Below, piece by piece: positions 60,113-64,000 of a stretch of DNA of 64,000 nucleotides. A model generated the notes under the pieces. The model ran no database searches. It saw only the letters and a list, made by a program, of their open reading frames with translations, and was not told the origin of the DNA. Origin of the DNA: Nannocystis bainbridge (GTDB taxonomy: Bacteria > Myxococcota_A > Polyangia > Nannocystales > Nannocystaceae); NCBI RefSeq assembly GCF_028368995.1, contig NZ_JAQNDL010000001.1:2880001-2944000 (forward strand). The letters are read 5' to 3'. The first letter of the stretch is position 1, and every line of letters begins with the position of its first letter. Position numbers and translations under genes: made by a program.

Positions 60113-61432
60113 ATGAAACCGCTCCGCTTGATCCCGGCTCTGATTTCGTTCGTCTGCGGCTGCGCTGACGGAGCGGGCGGCTCGGACGATCTGCTGTTCG
60201 ACCCGCTGTCGATGCCCAGGACGCCCACGGTCGGGCTCGACAGCTTCGCCTCGGCGGACGATTGCGGCCTGTGCCACCAGGGCCATTACGACGAGTGGGC
60301 CACCTCGGCGCACGCCTATGCGATGAAAGATCCGGTGTTTCGCGCGTTCGTGGCGATCCGGCAGGAGAACTACGCCGGCAAGCAGGACAAGTTCTGCTTG
60401 CAGTGCCACAGCCCGATCGGCACCCGCGGCGGGGACATCGTGGCCGGCTTCGAATTCGCCGATCTGCAGCCTATCACCCTCGAGGGCGTGACGTGCGAGA
60501 GCTGCCACAAGGTGGCCTCTCTGGCCCGCCCGTACAACAGCGGGCACGTGCTCGACCCCGACGGGCCGATGCGCGGCACCATCGCCGCGCCGATCCCCAG
60601 CTCCTTCCATGAATCGCAATTCTCGCCGCTCCACGGCGGCTCGGGCTTCTGCGCGGGGTGCCACGACCTCCGCGAGGTCAGCGGCCTGGTGCTGGAGCGC
60701 CCTTACGCCGAATGGCAGCAGTCTCCCGCGGCGGAGATCGGCGTGCAATGCCAGGACTGCCACATGCCGCGTTACGAGGGCCAGGCGGTGCCAGGCGGCC
60801 CCACGCGAACGCTTCACCGGCACACGTGGATCGGCGCCGGCATCCCGCTGCTGGAGGGCTTCCTCACCGAAGACGAGGAGGCGGTGCATCGCGTGGAGGT
60901 CGAGCGGCTGCTCGCAGACGCCGCGCGGGTCGACATCGCGGCGCCCTCGTCCGTCGTCACCGGCGATACGCTCGAGCTCGGCATCACCGTCAAGAACAAC
61001 ATCTCCGCCCACAACTTCCCCACCGGCTCGACCTTCAATCGCCAGGCCTGGGTCGAGGTCGTCGTGCGCGACGGCGACGGTCGCGTCGTGTTCGCCACCG
61101 GCACGCTCGACGCGAGCGGAGAGCCGCACGGCCCCGAGCCGCTGCTGCTCGGCTCCGTCCTCGTCGACGCGCGCGGCCAGCGGGTCCTGTTCCCCTGGCG
61201 CGCGGCGGAGCACCTTTCGAACGCCATCGAGCCGCTGCGCGAGCGGGCGCTCCGGCTGAGCGTCGCCACCGCGAGCGCCGGACGCGGGCCGCTCTCGGTG
61301 GAGGCGCGCGTCCTGTTCCGCGCCTTCTCGCCCGCCGCGCTGCGGGCCCTCGGCCTCGACGAGTACGCCGCCAGGCTCGAGGTGCACGAGGTCTCGCGCG
61401 ACCTCGCCAGCGTCGAGCTGCGCCGGCGATGA
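60113..61432 (+). CDS. Pentaheme cytochrome c (c554-like) lipoprotein
   Basis: Five CxxCH motifs (CGLCH, CLQCH, CESCH, CAGCH, CQDCH), HNFPTG, lipobox-like VCGC. Confidence 0.88.
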   Translation: MKPLRLIPALISFVCGCADGAGGSDDLLFDPLSMPRTPTVGLDSFASADDCGLCHQGHYDEWATSAHAYAMKDPVFRAFVAIRQENYAGKQDKFCLQCHSPIGTRGGDIVAGFEFADLQPITLEGVTCESCHKVASLARPYNSGHVLDPDGPMRGTIAAPIPSSFHESQFSPLHGGSGFCAGCHDLREVSGLVLERPYAEWQQSPAAEIGVQCQDCHMPRYEGQAVPGGPTRTLHRHTWIGAGIPLLEGFLTEDEEAVHRVEVERLLADAARVDIAAPSSVVTGDTLELGITVKNNISAHNFPTGSTFNRQAWVEVVVRDGDGRVVFATGTLDASGEPHGPEPLLLGSVLVDARGQRVLFPWRAAEHLSNAIEPLRERALRLSVATASAGRGPLSVEARVLFRAFSPAALRALGLDEYAARLEVHEVSRDLASVELRRR

Positions 61433-61524
61433 TCGCAAGGCGGGTCGGCGCAGTACCCGGCACGAAGCGAGGTGAGCCCAGCCCGGCGCGGAGGCCCCGG
61501 TGAAGCATGGTATGAGTGGCGCCC

Positions 61525-62226
61525 ATGGGCTGGTACACCACCAACGCGGACGACACCTTCCAGTGGAAGTACGGCGACGTGGTCGCCCTCGCGCGCGCCT
61601 CGGGCCTCGGCGCGCTCGTCCTCCTCCCTCGCCTCCAGGTGGTCGACGAAGACGGCGAGTTCTTCGACGGCGAGGAGTTCATCGGACCGATCCAGCAGTG
61701 GGCGATCGAGCAAGAGCTGCCGTGGGAGCAGCCGATCTTGTTCGATCGGGACGACGGGCACGACGAGGCCGTGCCCGTCCCCGGCGACGTCGACGTGACC
61801 GCGCGGCTCGAGCAGTGGGCGAGGGTCCTCCGCACCAACCGCGCGTCGTTGATCGCCGCCCTGCGCCACTTCAACGACGTGGACCACGACGCGTTCGTGC
61901 GCGCCTCGCTCGCCACGGAGGCGATCTGGCGCCTCCCGGAGTCGGACTACGGCGCCCTGATCGCGTGGCTGAACGAGCCGCTCGTAGAGACGGGCGCGCC
62001 GAGGTTCTCGCTCGAAGACCTGCGCGAGGGCGACTTCGACGACGACGAGTACGAGCCCAGCGAGGCGACGCAGGCCGCCCTCGACGCGCTGCCTGCAGGC
62101 GACGATACGCGCGTGATGGCGGCCCACGCGCTCGGGCACGCGCTCGTCGAGGGCTCGCCGCTCGAGCTGTGCCAGCCCGGCGACAGCTACTCGCTGGCGC
62201 TCTGGGGCGACGAGGACGACGAGTAG
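61525..62226 (+). CDS. Hypothetical acidic protein
   Basis: ATG at 61525; GC3 codon bias; very acidic. Confidence 0.65.
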   Translation: MGWYTTNADDTFQWKYGDVVALARASGLGALVLLPRLQVVDEDGEFFDGEEFIGPIQQWAIEQELPWEQPILFDRDDGHDEAVPVPGDVDVTARLEQWARVLRTNRASLIAALRHFNDVDHDAFVRASLATEAIWRLPESDYGALIAWLNEPLVETGAPRFSLEDLREGDFDDDEYEPSEATQAALDALPAGDDTRVMAAHALGHALVEGSPLELCQPGDSYSLALWGDEDDE

Positions 62227-62863
62227 CTCCGCCGCGGCTCTGCGCCTCCGTTCGTCGACCCACCCGAGCACTTCCGTTCCACGCTGGCGCCATGTGGCGC
62301 TCGCCTTGATGAAGGCTTCCTTGAATCGTCTGCGCGGTACTTGGTGACGATTTCCTCTCGCAGCGCCACGGGAAGTTTATTGATCCCCATTTCCCAACAC
62401 ATCGAGAAGGACACCCCAATCCTCGACTCGGTCGAGATCAGGCCGTTCATGCCGGATTGAGGGGCCTTGGTGCCGCGCATACGACCGGTGTATGAAATCG
62501 CGCCTGCCTCGCAGGCCGCCAGTTCGGTGGCCAGTCTGGAGCGGAAATGCATCGACCCGTCGGATTGGGGCGACTTCGCGCGCGGATCGTCATTCATTCC
62601 GCCGGCCGCGCAGCTGCTCACATTCGAGCAGCGTCGAGCTTGGCGTTTCGACGATGAGCGACGCGGGGCAGAACAGCGTCTTCGCGGATTCGTCGAGCCG
62701 GCGCCAGAGAGACGACAGGGACGAACATCGTCCGTCGCGCACGCTGCGCATGTGCGACGATGCATTCCGTTATCATCGATACTATCGCTGCGGTCGCGTC
62801 GGACCCGCTGGCCAATTGCCGACCTCGTCCATGGGCCGTACCTACCCCCCCGGGAGAGTGCCC

Positions 62864-63151
62864 ATGACAGAAGAAATCAAGGTTGGGGAGGTCGCGAAGG
62901 ACCTCCAACTCGTGCTGAATGAGCTGAAGAATGTGCTCAGCACGGCACGCCGCCAGGAAGCGGAGCATCCCCGGAGCTGCGAAGGATGCGGCGGATGCCA
63001 TGGTTGTCACAACTGCCACGGCTGCGGCGGTTGCAGCGGCTGCGGCGGCTGCAGCGGCTGCGGCGGCGGGTGCCACGGGTGCCACGGGTGCCACGGGTGC
63101 GGCGGTTGCCACGGCTGCGGCGGTTGCCACGGTTGTGGTGGCTGCGGTTGA
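62864..63151 (+). CDS. RiPP precursor with a (Cys-X-Gly)n core (heterocycloanthracin/sonorensin-like)
   Basis: GGGAGAG RBS; ~38-aa helical leader, then [21 protein letters not shown]... with 19 Cys. Confidence 0.85.
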   Translation: MTEEIKVGEVAKDLQLVLNELKNVLSTARRQEAEHPRSCEGCGGCHGCHNCHGCGGCSGCGGCSGCGGGCHGCHGCHGCGGCHGCGGCHGCGGCG

Positions 63152-63229
63152 TCCAACGTTAACGACAATCCCTTGATCGACGCAGCACGGTCCCGGGCCG
63201 TGTTGCGTCGAACCCACTCCGATCTGGGC

Positions 63230-64000
63230 ATGAGCACCGTGATGGCCGAATCGACTCTCCATATTTCTTCGAGTGAGGATGTCACCGCTGCGGAGGTTCG
63301 ACGCCGATTGCGCGGCGCCCGGATCCTCCTGGTCGGCCTCGATCCGTGGGGCGTCGCTGCCGCGGTCGATCTGGCCGCGGCTGGCGTCGGGGCGCTGCAC
63401 ATCCTCGATGACGCGCAGGTGTCGGAGGATGACCTCGCCGCGGAGGTCTTCCCCGAGAATACGCGCGGGCTCGAGCGGGCGGCAGCGCTCTGCGCGACGC
63501 TGCGGCGGATCGCCCCCGAATGCGCAGCCACCTGGAAGCGGCTGTCGGTCGCCGCCCATCGTCCCCTCCTCCACGACGACGGCCGCTGGGATCTGGTGAT
63601 AGCCTGCGTCGCCGCCGACGAACTGCTGGTCCTGCAGAGCGTCGCCCGCTACGCCCATGCGGCCCGAGCGCCCTCGCTCAGTGCCCATATGGATGGACTC
63701 GATGCAGTGATCGGGCCGGCCGTCATACCGGGCGAGACGGCTTGCTGGGAGTGTCATCGATTGCGTCGGCTCGCCCATACCGAGGAAGGCCGCGTCGAGC
63801 ACGCGCTCCAGACCACGCTCCTGAGCGAACGGCCGCAGCCGCGCCGGCGCACTTGTCTGGCGTCCATGCCTGCATTGGTCGGCCACGCCGCCGCGCTCGC
63901 GGCGATCAATCTGCTGGTGCGAGGCAGCGCTTCCCGGTTCGCCGGCGCCGTCGTCGTGCAGAACCTCGTCGAGTTGGAGTCGTCCCTCCACTCCGTGCTG
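63230..64000 (+). CDS. ThiF-like TOMM leader-binding/cyclodehydratase component, truncated by the window edge
   Basis: LRGARILLVGLDPWG..LAAAGVGALHILDD, VIGPAVIPGETACWECHRLRR; open to the end of the window. Confidence 0.85.
   Translation, partial: MSTVMAESTLHISSSEDVTAAEVRRRLRGARILLVGLDPWGVAAAVDLAAAGVGALHILDDAQVSEDDLAAEVFPENTRGLERAAALCATLRRIAPECAATWKRLSVAAHRPLLHDDGRWDLVIACVAADELLVLQSVARYAHAARAPSLSAHMDGLDAVIGPAVIPGETACWECHRLRRLAHTEEGRVEHALQTTLLSERPQPRRRTCLASMPALVGHAAALAAINLLVRGSASRFAGAVVVQNLVELESSLHSVL

Noticed and set aside
62230-62860. Possible gene or remnant upstream of the RiPP precursor
   Set aside because: Lower-GC fragment with no recognisable motif or consistent frame; I cannot support a call.
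62979-63148. Simple 9-bp DNA microsatellite
   Set aside because: Synonymous codon variation, a leader peptide, an RBS and an adjacent ThiF-like gene indicate a coding RiPP precursor.

Overview
Very GC-rich bacterial DNA. The gene content (CarF, Ser/Thr kinase, ECF sigma/anti-sigma operons, many Cys- and Thr-rich lipoproteins) points to a myxobacterium, probably Nannocystis-like; this is inference. About 60 real CDS are hidden among many shadow ORFs. I saw no rRNA, tRNA or CRISPR array. Main modules: (i) an atypical CBASS anti-phage island at 38.0-41.8 kb, with CD-NTase plus Cap2 (E2-E1), no Cap3, and a convergent SAVED sensor whose N-terminus looks like a small helical adaptor rather than an enzyme, flanked by gene remnants and a 139-bp MITE; (ii) a ribosome-repair operon (hypothetical-rtcB2-prfH) with an in-frame Cys-rich upstream ORF; (iii) a phenazine cluster phzC-B-D-E-X-F-G-S between a diheme peroxidase and a pentaheme cytochrome; (iv) the start of a RiPP locus with a (Cys-X-Gly)n, 19-Cys precursor and a ThiF-like protein; (v) a candidate minimal lipoprotein toxin/immunity pair; (vi) an HscC-like Hsp70/J-protein pair. 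About 20 dispersed clusters of a 10-bp palindrome (consensus near RRACATGTCC) repeat at 14-bp period, both between genes and inside CDS. All calls come from reading the sequence by eye; no database searches were run.
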